Origin: a virus
Taxonomy: Duplodnaviria; Caudoviricetes
Length of the DNA: 38,494 nt
IMG/VR virus record: IMGVR_UViG_3300011339_000429
Location: 1-38,494 of that record
Reading direction: 5' to 3' (one strand)
Below the pieces are notes generated by a model, which made no database searches, was not told the DNA's origin, and saw only the letters and a program-made list of their open reading frames with translations. Of the stretch, positions 18,419-26,454 are shown in pieces. Made by a program: the position numbers and the translations under genes. How positions within the stretch are numbered: position 1 is the stretch's first letter; each line of letters opens with the position of its first letter.

Positions 18419-19103
18419 GGAAAGAGCTATAGCTGAGTGCATTAGCTCACCTAAGTTACGCTTACTATCTGAACAGGAATTCAGAGAGCTAATAGCTCAA
18501 GCTGCTGTAGTTAATGGCATTAAATCTCTACCTAGTGATATCGAAGTAAGCTTGCTGCGCCAAGTTATTCAGACTACTTACTTATCTCTTACCATCAAAG
18601 ATTGGCAGAACGCATTTCTTTACAACGCAATTGGTAAAGACTTTGAGAGAGTAGATGCATTTAACCTATTTAGCGTAGCCTTTATGAGCGATGTATTTAA
18701 ACGCTATGAGGAATACAAGAGTAAAGTATGGCGAGAGCTGAATAAAGCGATTGTATTACCGGAACCCGAAATTATAAGAGCTGAACCTACTGATCCACTA
18801 ACTGCGCTGCACGCTGATGTAGAAAGATGGAAAGAAGGTAAGGATACCTGGGTAGAAATCTCTGCACCTTACAACTGTCAACGTCTTTTTAGGCAGGGCA
18901 TCTATAAAAAATCGGAGTGGGATGCAGAGGTATGGGCGCGATTCGATGACTTAGCCAAGCAGAAAACAGAGGCTAAATTTAAGGCAGCACAACGAGTAGT
19001 GTTAGGCCCATCTGCCCAAGAAGAGTTCGATGGCTACCAAAAGATAGAGCTCAGCAGATTAATTTACATAGACATCATTAAAAAAATAATTAAGGAATCA
19101 TGA
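18360..19103 (+). CDS. Putative replication protein (possible helicase loader)
   Basis: Overlaps the initiator-like gene; helical; function inferred from position. Confidence 0.45.
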   Translation: MSKELAASVQQSFNRSLSAEERAIAECISSPKLRLLSEQEFRELIAQAAVVNGIKSLPSDIEVSLLRQVIQTTYLSLTIKDWQNAFLYNAIGKDFERVDAFNLFSVAFMSDVFKRYEEYKSKVWRELNKAIVLPEPEIIRAEPTDPLTALHADVERWKEGKDTWVEISAPYNCQRLFRQGIYKKSEWDAEVWARFDDLAKQKTEAKFKAAQRVVLGPSAQEEFDGYQKIELSRLIYIDIIKKIIKES

Positions 19104-19537
19104 AATCACTAATATTACAGGAAGATGGTACATATCTTTTTGAAGATTTAAAATTGACTTATCTCAAGTATGAGAAATTTCAAAAGAGCATGCTTAAAGA
19201 GCTAATGAAAAAAAAGTATGACGGAAAGATAATTAGAGTTCATTTAGAGGGGGATTTTGCAAGCACTGATAATATGTATGTGTGGCACTATATTGCAGCA
19301 TGCCATGAGTATAATCCAGCTTATCAGCCTTTAATTACTTTTTACACATTCACAAAGAGAGTAGAAAGCCATCAGATTTTAAGAAATATATTTGGATGGC
19401 CGAGCAATTTCTTTGTAATCTATAATCTTGGAGGGCCGCAAGATAATTTAATTGATTTAGATACTGATGCGCACACTGGCAAGTTCAACAGCTATGAGGA
19501 TATAATAAAAGCTAACTATAAAGTAAAAACAAGATGA
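19100..19537 (+). CDS. Hypothetical protein
   Basis: ATGA overlaps on both sides. Confidence 0.7.
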   Translation: MKSLILQEDGTYLFEDLKLTYLKYEKFQKSMLKELMKKKYDGKIIRVHLEGDFASTDNMYVWHYIAACHEYNPAYQPLITFYTFTKRVESHQILRNIFGWPSNFFVIYNLGGPQDNLIDLDTDAHTGKFNSYEDIIKANYKVKTR

Positions 19538-19728
19538 TACCATTCCACAAATCAATTAAGTGCTACCGTTTATTTTACGGTTATAAGCAAGAATACATTG
19601 CATTCAGGTTAGGCATTGAGCAATCTAATTACTGCCTGAGAGAAAACGGAATAAGCAATTGGAAAGACCATGAGATAGAGATACTCAAAGAGCTATTTAA
19701 GATAGAGATAAGGGAGGAGAAGCTGTGA
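19534..19728 (+). CDS. XRE-family HTH protein
   Basis: IKCYR..GYKQEYIAFRLGIEQSNYCLRENG HTH_3 pattern. Confidence 0.8.
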   Translation: MIPFHKSIKCYRLFYGYKQEYIAFRLGIEQSNYCLRENGISNWKDHEIEILKELFKIEIREEKL

Positions 19729-20072
19729 AAGTATTTGAGTTTAATGAGCAGGATGTTTGCGAAAATCCAATTCTTAAAACTTTAAAATGCCTAAAGGGAT
19801 ATGAAGCTCAGATTAGTGTAGCTATTGTTAAGAATGGTAAGTGGAGTTACGCTATTAGATTCCATGGTAAAGACCAGGGGTGGGGACAACCTTTAATCTA
19901 TCATGCTCAGCACAACGTATTCGAAACGCAAGAGGAAGCGTATAGAGCAGGAGCTTTACTTCTTTACAATCAAATAAAAGCTAACAACGATTTTCAGAGA
20001 TACGAGAGAATTTTAGATATTCTTTTATCCGATATTAGCAGCAAAACAGAAAATCAATTAACACTATTTTGA
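19725..20072 (+). CDS. Hypothetical protein with C-terminal QLTLF clamp-binding-like motif
   Basis: GTGA overlap; ends in NQLTLF. Confidence 0.65.
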   Translation: MKVFEFNEQDVCENPILKTLKCLKGYEAQISVAIVKNGKWSYAIRFHGKDQGWGQPLIYHAQHNVFETQEEAYRAGALLLYNQIKANNDFQRYERILDILLSDISSKTENQLTLF

Positions 20073-20073
20073 T

Positions 20074-20241
20074 ATGAAAAAAGTAAAATTTATTCACCCC
20101 ATTACAGGAGAAGCTCATGAAGTTTTATGTGATAAAGTTATAGGTTATGAAGAGCGAAATGAAATGTACCATCACTGTACAGTAAGAAGAAAGACTGTAG
20201 CTTTAATTCCTATTTCATGGGCAATGATAAGAATAGAATAG
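20074..20241 (+). CDS. Hypothetical 55-aa protein
   Basis: Not in the ORF track; starts 1 nt after the previous stop. Confidence 0.6.
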   Translation: MKKVKFIHPITGEAHEVLCDKVIGYEERNEMYHHCTVRRKTVALIPISWAMIRIE

Positions 20242-20283
20242 CAATTTCTTCCACTAACAAATAGGTGTTAGTAACTAACTTAA

Positions 20284-20311
20284 AGAGCTCAGCACTACGC
20301 TGGGCTTTTTT
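20284..20311 (+). terminator. Intrinsic terminator ending the early/replication operon
   Basis: AGCTCAGC-ACTAC-GCTGGGCT stem-loop followed by a T tract. Confidence 0.8.
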
Positions 20312-20325
20312 ATTAACCTTTACTT

Positions 20326-20676
20326 ATGAATCTATTTAAGAGAAAGAAGGAGCAGATAGATTTAAACGCTAAACTACTGCCCGAGCTGTGCAGCTGCACA
20401 ATTATACAGTGGAATTACAGCGAAGATATAGGTTTAGAATCAGCATACGCTGAGGATATTCCGTTTATGTTCGATGCTCGCAAATGTGTGGGCATTCAAG
20501 CTGAGGTAGAGTTTAGAAAGGATGGCACATACTACGTAGGTGAGCGCACTCTAGCGCTTATGCAAGGCATTGACAATGCAATAGTAATAGACGTGCCTTA
20601 CAACGAATTCAAGAAACACTTTCAGGAGCTTAAATCTAATATAATAACTAATGATTACATCATATCGCGAGGGTAG
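20326..20676 (+). CDS. Hypothetical protein
   Basis: 116 aa ORF overlapping the phosphoesterase start. Confidence 0.7.
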   Translation: MNLFKRKKEQIDLNAKLLPELCSCTIIQWNYSEDIGLESAYAEDIPFMFDARKCVGIQAEVEFRKDGTYYVGERTLALMQGIDNAIVIDVPYNEFKKHFQELKSNIITNDYIISRG

Positions 20677-21529
20677 AAATGTCATAGTAACTACTTGCAA
20701 GAGTGGTGATAAATTTTTAATGATGAGTGATCTGCATTGGGATAACCCCCATTGCGATAGAAAGCTACTTAAAGCGCATCTAGATAAGTGCTTAGCTGAA
20801 AATATCTCATTCGCTATTAACGGAGATTTGTTCTGCTGCATGCAAGGCAAGTATGATCCAAGGCGCAGTAAGCAGGATATTCTGCCTGAACACAACGTAG
20901 CTAACTACCTAGACGCTTTAGTTAACACTGCGATAGATTGGTTTAAACCATACGCTCATCTGATGATTTTTGTAGGTTATGGTAATCATGAGACAGCAAT
21001 TATAAAGAACTGTGAAACTGATTTGATAGAGCGCTTTGTAAGTGGATTAAATCGCGAAGCAGGTACCAATGTATTAGTAGGTGGTTATGGTGGATGGTGG
21101 ATACATCGCGTAATGAAAGATAAAAAATCTGCTTTAGTATTTAAGACTAAGTATTATCATGGATCAGGAGGAGGAGGAGTAGTTACAAAGGGAGTAATTC
21201 AGAATAACAGAATGGGTGTAATGATAGATGGAGCAGATTGCATTTGGGCAGGTCATGTGCATGAATTATACCATCATGCTGATATGGTAGAGGAGCTTTG
21301 CTATGCTGCAAATGGTGGCTATAGAATCAATATGAGATATGTACATCACATTAGAACAGCAAGCTATAAAGAAGAGTATGATGAAGGTTACATGGGATTT
21401 CACGTTGAGCGCATGAGACCTCCTAAGCCATTAGGCGCTTATCTTATGCAGTTAGATTTACAAAGAATTAGTAAACCTGTTGACACAGCGTTAGTTATAC
21501 CTAACTTTGTGCAATGGCGGGACAAATAG
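20651..21529 (+). CDS. Calcineurin-like metallophosphoesterase
   Basis: All five motifs present: SDLH, NGD, GNHE, HG, GHVH. Confidence 0.9.
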   Translation: MITSYREGRNVIVTTCKSGDKFLMMSDLHWDNPHCDRKLLKAHLDKCLAENISFAINGDLFCCMQGKYDPRRSKQDILPEHNVANYLDALVNTAIDWFKPYAHLMIFVGYGNHETAIIKNCETDLIERFVSGLNREAGTNVLVGGYGGWWIHRVMKDKKSALVFKTKYYHGSGGGGVVTKGVIQNNRMGVMIDGADCIWAGHVHELYHHADMVEELCYAANGGYRINMRYVHHIRTASYKEEYDEGYMGFHVERMRPPKPLGAYLMQLDLQRISKPVDTALVIPNFVQWRDK

Positions 21530-22833
21530 ACTATAATTTTAAGCCACTAACGAGGCAAAGCGAGGCACTTAAATTTCTTTCAGTAGATTCAGATGTGGAA
21601 ACTATCCTTTATGGAGGAGCAGCAGGGGGTGGGAAAACTATGTTAGGGTGCATGTGGCAGATACTTCGAAGATTAAAATACCCAGGTACACGCTCGCTTA
21701 TAGGCCGAGCTAAATTAGACACGCTTAAAAAGACTACCATGGCTACATTTTTTCAAGTAGCTAATGAGATAGGCTTAAAGGCAGGCGAAGATTTTATCTA
21801 TAATCAGCAGAGCCATATTATTAAGTTTAGCAATGGCTCAGAGATTATACTTGCCGATTTATTTTTGTACCCATCAGATCCTATGATGACTGATTTAGGG
21901 GGACTTGAAATTACAGACGCATTCATAGATGAAGCTACAGAGATAACTGAGAAAGCTTATTCTATTGTTAGCTCACGTATTAGGTACAAGCTGAATGAGT
22001 TTAATCTTAAGCCTAAGATATTACTCACGTGCAACCCATCGAAAGGATGGATATACAACCAATTCTACTTACCCTATAAGAATCAGAACTTGCCTGCTCA
22101 CAGAGCTTTCGTACAGGCACTACCTGGTGATAATATACACTTACCCGATAGCTACGTTACAAGCTTAACCCGATTACCCGAAGCGGATAGAAAGCGATTA
22201 CTAGAGGGAGATTGGGAATTTGATAACAGCTCAGATAGATTATACATGTATGATGAATTAGTGCGCTGCTTTAGGGAGCCAATGAATGTAGGAGAGGGAT
22301 ACATTACAGCAGATATAGCTCGATTAGGAAAGGATAGAACTGTGCTATGTGTATGGCGAGGATTAAGCTGCATAGACATTGTAATACTTAGACAAAAGCG
22401 CCAAGATGAAGTAAAGGCAGAGATTCAGCGCTTAATGAATCAGTACCAAGTTAGATTAAGCAACGTGCTTGCCGATGCTGATGGGGTAGGAGGTGGCCTC
22501 GTTGACAGTTTACGCTGTAGAGAATTTATGAATGGCAGTAAAGCTGTTAGAGGCACTCAGTACATGAATCTAAAAGCAGACTGCTACTTTAGGTTGGGCG
22601 AGCTGATAGATAAGAATGAAATTACTCTACCTATTAAATACCAAGAGGATATAATTAAAGAGCTTGAGTTAGTGCGCAGAGTAGATCCTGATAAGGAAGG
22701 CAAGCTGCGAGTAACGTCTAAAGATACCATTAGCCAGCGCACCGGAGGGATATCTCCCGATATTGCAGATGCTATAATGATGCGAGCTTACTTTGAGCTC
22801 AATAGAAACTATACTAAGTACGCATTTATCTAA
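21514..22833 (+). CDS. terL: Terminase large subunit
   Basis: Walker A GGAAGGGKT, Walker B AFIDEA, coupling motif TCNP, nuclease motifs ADIARLGKD and SPDIADA. Confidence 0.95.
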   Translation: MAGQIDYNFKPLTRQSEALKFLSVDSDVETILYGGAAGGGKTMLGCMWQILRRLKYPGTRSLIGRAKLDTLKKTTMATFFQVANEIGLKAGEDFIYNQQSHIIKFSNGSEIILADLFLYPSDPMMTDLGGLEITDAFIDEATEITEKAYSIVSSRIRYKLNEFNLKPKILLTCNPSKGWIYNQFYLPYKNQNLPAHRAFVQALPGDNIHLPDSYVTSLTRLPEADRKRLLEGDWEFDNSSDRLYMYDELVRCFREPMNVGEGYITADIARLGKDRTVLCVWRGLSCIDIVILRQKRQDEVKAEIQRLMNQYQVRLSNVLADADGVGGGLVDSLRCREFMNGSKAVRGTQYMNLKADCYFRLGELIDKNEITLPIKYQEDIIKELELVRRVDPDKEGKLRVTSKDTISQRTGGISPDIADAIMMRAYFELNRNYTKYAFI

Positions 22834-22949
22834 AGAAAAGTGTAATGAATTCCCATTAAAGTATTATTTAGCAGTCATTTAAGCCTTATAAGACACGTTA
22901 TGCATGCTATACCATACTTTAGTATGAGTTAGATGCTATTAATAACATC

Positions 22950-23043
22950 TGTCACAATTTTCTAAATTATTGTGACAAACATTTGCCACTAATTGTCTTG
23001 TTCTGTCTTTTGTTTGTCGCAAGTATAGTAGACTTTTGCGACA
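22950..23043. repeat. Two related palindromes, TGTCACAA-N12-TTGTGACA and TGTCGCAA-N13-TTGCGACA
   Basis: Read directly at 22950..22977 and 23015..23043. Confidence 0.85.
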
Positions 23044-23047
23044 GTAT

Positions 23048-23081
23048 AAACTAAAATAGCCCTGCACGTTTGCAAGGCTAT
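23048..23081 (-). terminator. Minus-strand intrinsic terminator
   Basis: Minus strand reads ATAGCCTTGCA-AACG-TGCAGGGCTAT-TTTAGTTT. The stem is fully paired (one U-G) only in this orientation. Confidence 0.7.
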
Positions 23082-23130
23082 CTCAGATAATCAATAATCA
23101 ATGTTAACCTAAACCAAAAGGCTAAATGGA
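23048..23130 (-). ncRNA. Candidate ~80-nt trans-acting antisense sRNA
   Basis: Bounded by minus-strand TATATTTG (23142..23135) and the minus-strand terminator. Carries complements of the start regions of genes 17642 and 18095. Confidence 0.5.
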
Positions 23131-23205
23131 TAGTCAAATATACCACGTAAATGCTATGTGAATAAGTATGTTAACAAGATGTTCATAGCACTTAAGTTAA
23201 TTGTC

Positions 23206-23213
23206 TAATTTTG
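23206..23213 (+). promoter_or_regulatory. TAnnTTTG -7 element directly before the VRR-NUC gene (near-leaderless transcript)
   Basis: TAATTTTG 4 nt before ATG 23218; no perfect -33 TTTG. Confidence 0.5.
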
Positions 23214-23217
23214 AATC

Positions 23218-23562
23218 ATGAAGAATGAGGAAGCTTTAATACAGGAAGCAGTTATTAACTATATCAATGCTCAATATCCTAAGCTGCTGTATTGTGCAAG
23301 CGCTGGAGGTGTTCGCACTTCTATGAAGCAGGCAGTCAAGATGAAGCGCACAGGCTATGTTAAAGGTTTTCCTGATTTGTTTATTTATGAGCCTAAAAAA
23401 GAGTGGCATGGTTTAGCTATTGAAATGAAAACAGCTAAGGGTGTAATGAGTGCTCATCAGAAAGAATGGCAGAATGAGTTAATGAAGAGAGGGTACATAG
23501 CAGTAACATGCAAGAGCTTTGATCAGGCACAAATAATCATAGATGACTACCTGGCGCTCTGA
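23218..23562 (+). CDS. VRR-NUC family PD-(D/E)XK nuclease (probable Holliday junction resolvase)
   Basis: KGFPDL, LAIEMK and HQKEW motifs. Confidence 0.9.
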   Translation: MKNEEALIQEAVINYINAQYPKLLYCASAGGVRTSMKQAVKMKRTGYVKGFPDLFIYEPKKEWHGLAIEMKTAKGVMSAHQKEWQNELMKRGYIAVTCKSFDQAQIIIDDYLAL

Positions 23563-24043
23563 GTTCGATAAGTGTTATAATGAGTGGCGCAGAGTGGCCC
23601 ATAGTGTGGTACGTGCTGATGTAGCAGATGAGCTTTTACACGATACGCTATTAAAGATACTTGAGAGTGATAAGGATAAGATGCAAGATATTCACAATAG
23701 AGGTAAGCTGAATAATTATGTGAGCAACGCTATAAGGCTTTCTGCACGTTGTAGTAATAGCTCATTCAATTACACGCTAAGAAAATTCGAAAAGATACGC
23801 AACGATTTGAAAGATGATATCATAGATGATGTAAACAAAAGCGTAGGAATGCGTTTAGAGAATGAGCAGTTAGATATCTTTATTAGCAGACTTCCCTACT
23901 TTGAGCGAGAGCTATTCTTTCTTTATGCCTTAGACGATTTCAGTTATCAGGCACTGGCGAAAGAAACGGGAATACCTTTAGCTTATCTTTACCGGACAAT
24001 TCAGAAAGCTAAAACAACACTTAGAAATTCGTTACAGATATGA
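23543..24043 (+). CDS. Phage-encoded ECF/sigma70-like sigma factor
   Basis: Region 2-like ADELLHDTLLKI and region 4-like LPYFERELF..FSYQALAKETGIP..IQKAK; 166 aa. Confidence 0.8.
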   Translation: MTTWRSEFDKCYNEWRRVAHSVVRADVADELLHDTLLKILESDKDKMQDIHNRGKLNNYVSNAIRLSARCSNSSFNYTLRKFEKIRNDLKDDIIDDVNKSVGMRLENEQLDIFISRLPYFERELFFLYALDDFSYQALAKETGIPLAYLYRTIQKAKTTLRNSLQI

Positions 24044-24588
24044 TGATTAATACTTTAGATTTTGAGGTAAGGATTAAAATATGCCAAGCTTGCCCTGTAT
24101 TTAACGAGCGTTATAAAACATGCGGGCCTCCTACTAACGCAATTAACCCATTTAAAAAGCCTCATACATTAAATGGTGTAGTCTTTAAACCTTGTGGGTG
24201 CCCGGTAGATCACTTAGCTATGTATGCTGTCGAAGATTGCCCAGCTAAGAGATGGCCAACGATTAACCAACAAGATTGGCAGATGCCAACGCTAGAGCAA
24301 ATTAGAGCTATTAGAAAGAGAGGTAAAGTAGAGAGAGGAGAGATGCAGCATCTGTTTAAACTGAGAAGAGAATATCTTGGGATTAAAGATAACAAGAGCT
24401 TTACTACCTGCACTCCCTGCATGAATGAGCTGCTAAACAAATTAGAGAAGCAGTTGCTTGAGGATATACAGAACGCGCAGAAAGCTGCACTAATTGAATT
24501 AACACAAGTAGAACTTACTCCCGAACCAATAATAGAAGTAACTGCTACACCTCAAAAAAAACGAAAAGCTAAACGTAAAAAAATATGA
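24040..24588 (+). CDS. Cys-rich putative zinc-binding protein
   Basis: CQAC, CG, CGC, CPAKRW and CTPC; basic tail. Confidence 0.7.
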   Translation: MMINTLDFEVRIKICQACPVFNERYKTCGPPTNAINPFKKPHTLNGVVFKPCGCPVDHLAMYAVEDCPAKRWPTINQQDWQMPTLEQIRAIRKRGKVERGEMQHLFKLRREYLGIKDNKSFTTCTPCMNELLNKLEKQLLEDIQNAQKAALIELTQVELTPEPIIEVTATPQKKRKAKRKKI

Positions 24589-24776
24589 CTATCTTAATTA
24601 TCTACTTAGTAGGTTTCCTACTGCACACAGGCCTGCTATCACTAAACATTTACAGGCATCAAAGAGACCTTACTACGTACCATTGGTATGCTTATGTAGG
24701 TGTAGCTTTTACAGGTCTTGTATGGCTTCCATTTTGGGTATACATTATAGCGCTACGTTTTCAACAGAAGAAATAG
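24585..24776 (+). CDS. Small 2-TM membrane protein
   Basis: Two hydrophobic segments; ATGA overlap. Confidence 0.7.
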   Translation: MTILIIYLVGFLLHTGLLSLNIYRHQRDLTTYHWYAYVGVAFTGLVWLPFWVYIIALRFQQKK

Positions 24777-24825
24777 TTTTTAACATGGTTACAAATTCTA
24801 ACCTACTTAAAATATATTTGTGCTA

Positions 24826-24909
24826 TGCGCAAGATTACTGTTAGACATAAGATTGATTTAAGGTTTAATAATTCCCCTCTGAACGGGCGCATACGTTCTT
24901 TGGGGTTTT
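24826..24909 (+). ncRNA. Candidate ~85-nt sRNA
   Basis: TATATTTG at 24813..24820 upstream; ends in a CCCC..GAACG-loop-CGTTC..GGGG-TTTT hairpin. Confidence 0.4.
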
Positions 24910-25032
24910 ATTGTTTTAAGATATGACACCAGCACTCTCTCTGAGTAAGTCAAAGCTCAGTAACCAAAGACTACACTTGCATAATACCAATGCTTGGAAC
25001 GAGCAAATGCTCTTATTGAGCAGGAACATTTG

Positions 25033-25103
25033 TTTTTCTTGGGGGAGCTTTTTCTTTTCTTTCTTTTTCTTTTTACCTTTTTTCTTTTTCTTTCTTTTCT
25101 TTT
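25033..25103. other. Long T/C-rich tract in the largest non-coding region (candidate origin or packaging region)
   Basis: TTTTC/TTTC iterations around GGGGGAGC, flanked by hairpins. Confidence 0.45.
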
Positions 25104-25183
25104 GTTGATGTTAATTAACTATAGCTAATAGCTCAAGCTATTTACACTAAGCTATAGTAACTAATATTACTAAACTTACTAAT

Positions 25184-25543
25184 ATGCAAAACGTACATAA
25201 AAGAATTATAAAGAGCTTTTTAGCTTTAGAAAAGATATCATTTGATTATGATGGTACTTTGACTAATGATAAAGGGCTGTCTTTGATTAAAAGAAAGATT
25301 ACAGAGGGCTATGATGTTTATATTATAACTGCTAGGGGCGAAGGAAGGAAAGGGCCTGTATTAGACTTAGCTAAAGAGCTTGGTTTATCAATTAGAAAAG
25401 TGTATTTCACAGGAAGCAATACTAACAAGGTACTTAAGATTAAACAGCTTGGCATTAATAAGCATTACGATAATAATCCTGATGTCATTAAGAAAGTAAA
25501 TGAGCTAACAAGTGCTGAGGGAAAACTAGTAAGTTATGAATGA
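25184..25543 (+). CDS. Small capless HAD-superfamily phosphatase
   Basis: Motifs FDYDGTL, ITAR, K and HYDNN. Confidence 0.8.
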   Translation: MQNVHKRIIKSFLALEKISFDYDGTLTNDKGLSLIKRKITEGYDVYIITARGEGRKGPVLDLAKELGLSIRKVYFTGSNTNKVLKIKQLGINKHYDNNPDVIKKVNELTSAEGKLVSYE

Positions 25544-25685
25544 TAATAACTACAATTTTCTAAAGGCACAAGTTAAAGCCTTCCATCCTAACTGGACTGA
25601 AGAGCAGGTTAACAAAGAATGTGAAAGAATCTTAAATGAGGGTGAGGGTGGTGAAGATGAGAGCTGCCTTTATTGTGGATCGTAA
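25536..25685 (+). CDS. 49-aa protein ending EDESCLYCGS
   Basis: Not in the ORF track; fills the gap; acidic linker plus terminal CxxC. Confidence 0.65.
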   Translation: MNDNNYNFLKAQVKAFHPNWTEEQVNKECERILNEGEGGEDESCLYCGS

Positions 25686-25694
25686 AACTAACAG

Positions 25695-26048
25695 ATGATA
25701 TTAATACCGGCACAATTAGAATCAGTAGGCACTCGCAAGGATAAGACTTTAAAACTTACCTTTGGTACTAACGAGCTTACACCAGCACAAGCTGCTGAAC
25801 TGTTCGGTACAGCCAATCAGTTCGGTTACTTAGCATTTAAAGATGAGAGCTTTAGACGTGAGGAGTTAGATGCAGTAGAATCGCTTAAATCAGAGTTAGA
25901 AGATACACTTAAGAAACCTTCGCAAAGATTAAGGAACACAATGTTCAGAGTTTATGAGGTTGATAGTGAAGGTTTTACTACATTTGCTAAATACTATGAT
26001 AGTAAGATGGAGCAGTTAATAACACACTTTAAGAATAAGTTAGCATGA
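25695..26048 (+). CDS. Hypothetical protein
   Basis: TRKDKTLKLTFGTNEL and KPSQRLR patterns; ATGA overlap with terS. Confidence 0.75.
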   Translation: MILIPAQLESVGTRKDKTLKLTFGTNELTPAQAAELFGTANQFGYLAFKDESFRREELDAVESLKSELEDTLKKPSQRLRNTMFRVYEVDSEGFTTFAKYYDSKMEQLITHFKNKLA

Positions 26049-26452
26049 GTGAGGACAACTTACAAAGTCTTACCATTAAAAAAGCTGCTATGTATGAGGC
26101 ACTTACGAATAACTTAGGCAACGTAACTAAATCAGCTGAGCAGATTGGAATACATAGGCAGACTCATTACGATTGGATTAATGATGATCCTGAATATGCA
26201 GCAGCTGTAGCATCACTTAAGAATGTAGCACTAGACTTTGCAGAGGAACAGTTACGCAAGCTAATGGAGGGAGCGGAGCGCCAAGCCTTAACCCATGATG
26301 GTGAGATAGTAACTATTAAAGATGCACCTAACACAAGTGCTATAATCTTTTACTTAAAAACTCAAGGTAAGCAGAGAGGATACATCGAAAGGCAAGAGCT
26401 GAGCACAGAGATTAAGAGCATTAACATAACCATAGACGGAACAAATATTTAA
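26045..26452 (+). CDS. terS: Terminase small subunit-like HTH protein
   Basis: GNVTKSAEQIGIHRQTHYDW HTH and AIIFYLKTQGKQRGY motif. Confidence 0.75.
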   Translation: MSEDNLQSLTIKKAAMYEALTNNLGNVTKSAEQIGIHRQTHYDWINDDPEYAAAVASLKNVALDFAEEQLRKLMEGAERQALTHDGEIVTIKDAPNTSAIIFYLKTQGKQRGYIERQELSTEIKSINITIDGTNI

Positions 26453-26454
26453 AC

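Noticed and set aside
15323-20241. Classical lysogeny module
   Set aside because: No integrase, ParA, divergent repressor or S24 peptidase domain; only two small co-oriented HTH genes.
22843-23043. Mini-CRISPR or anti-CRISPR repeat array
   Set aside because: Only two related units, with unequal internal sequence; no repeat-spacer periodicity and no cas genes.
24494-24588. A runs near the end of the Cys-rich gene as a frameshift site
   Set aside because: They encode a Lys-rich tail close to the stop, and no plausible alternative-frame domain follows.
24923-25108. 61-aa ORF with a poly-Phe tail
   Set aside because: Translation of the T/C tract; treated as non-coding.
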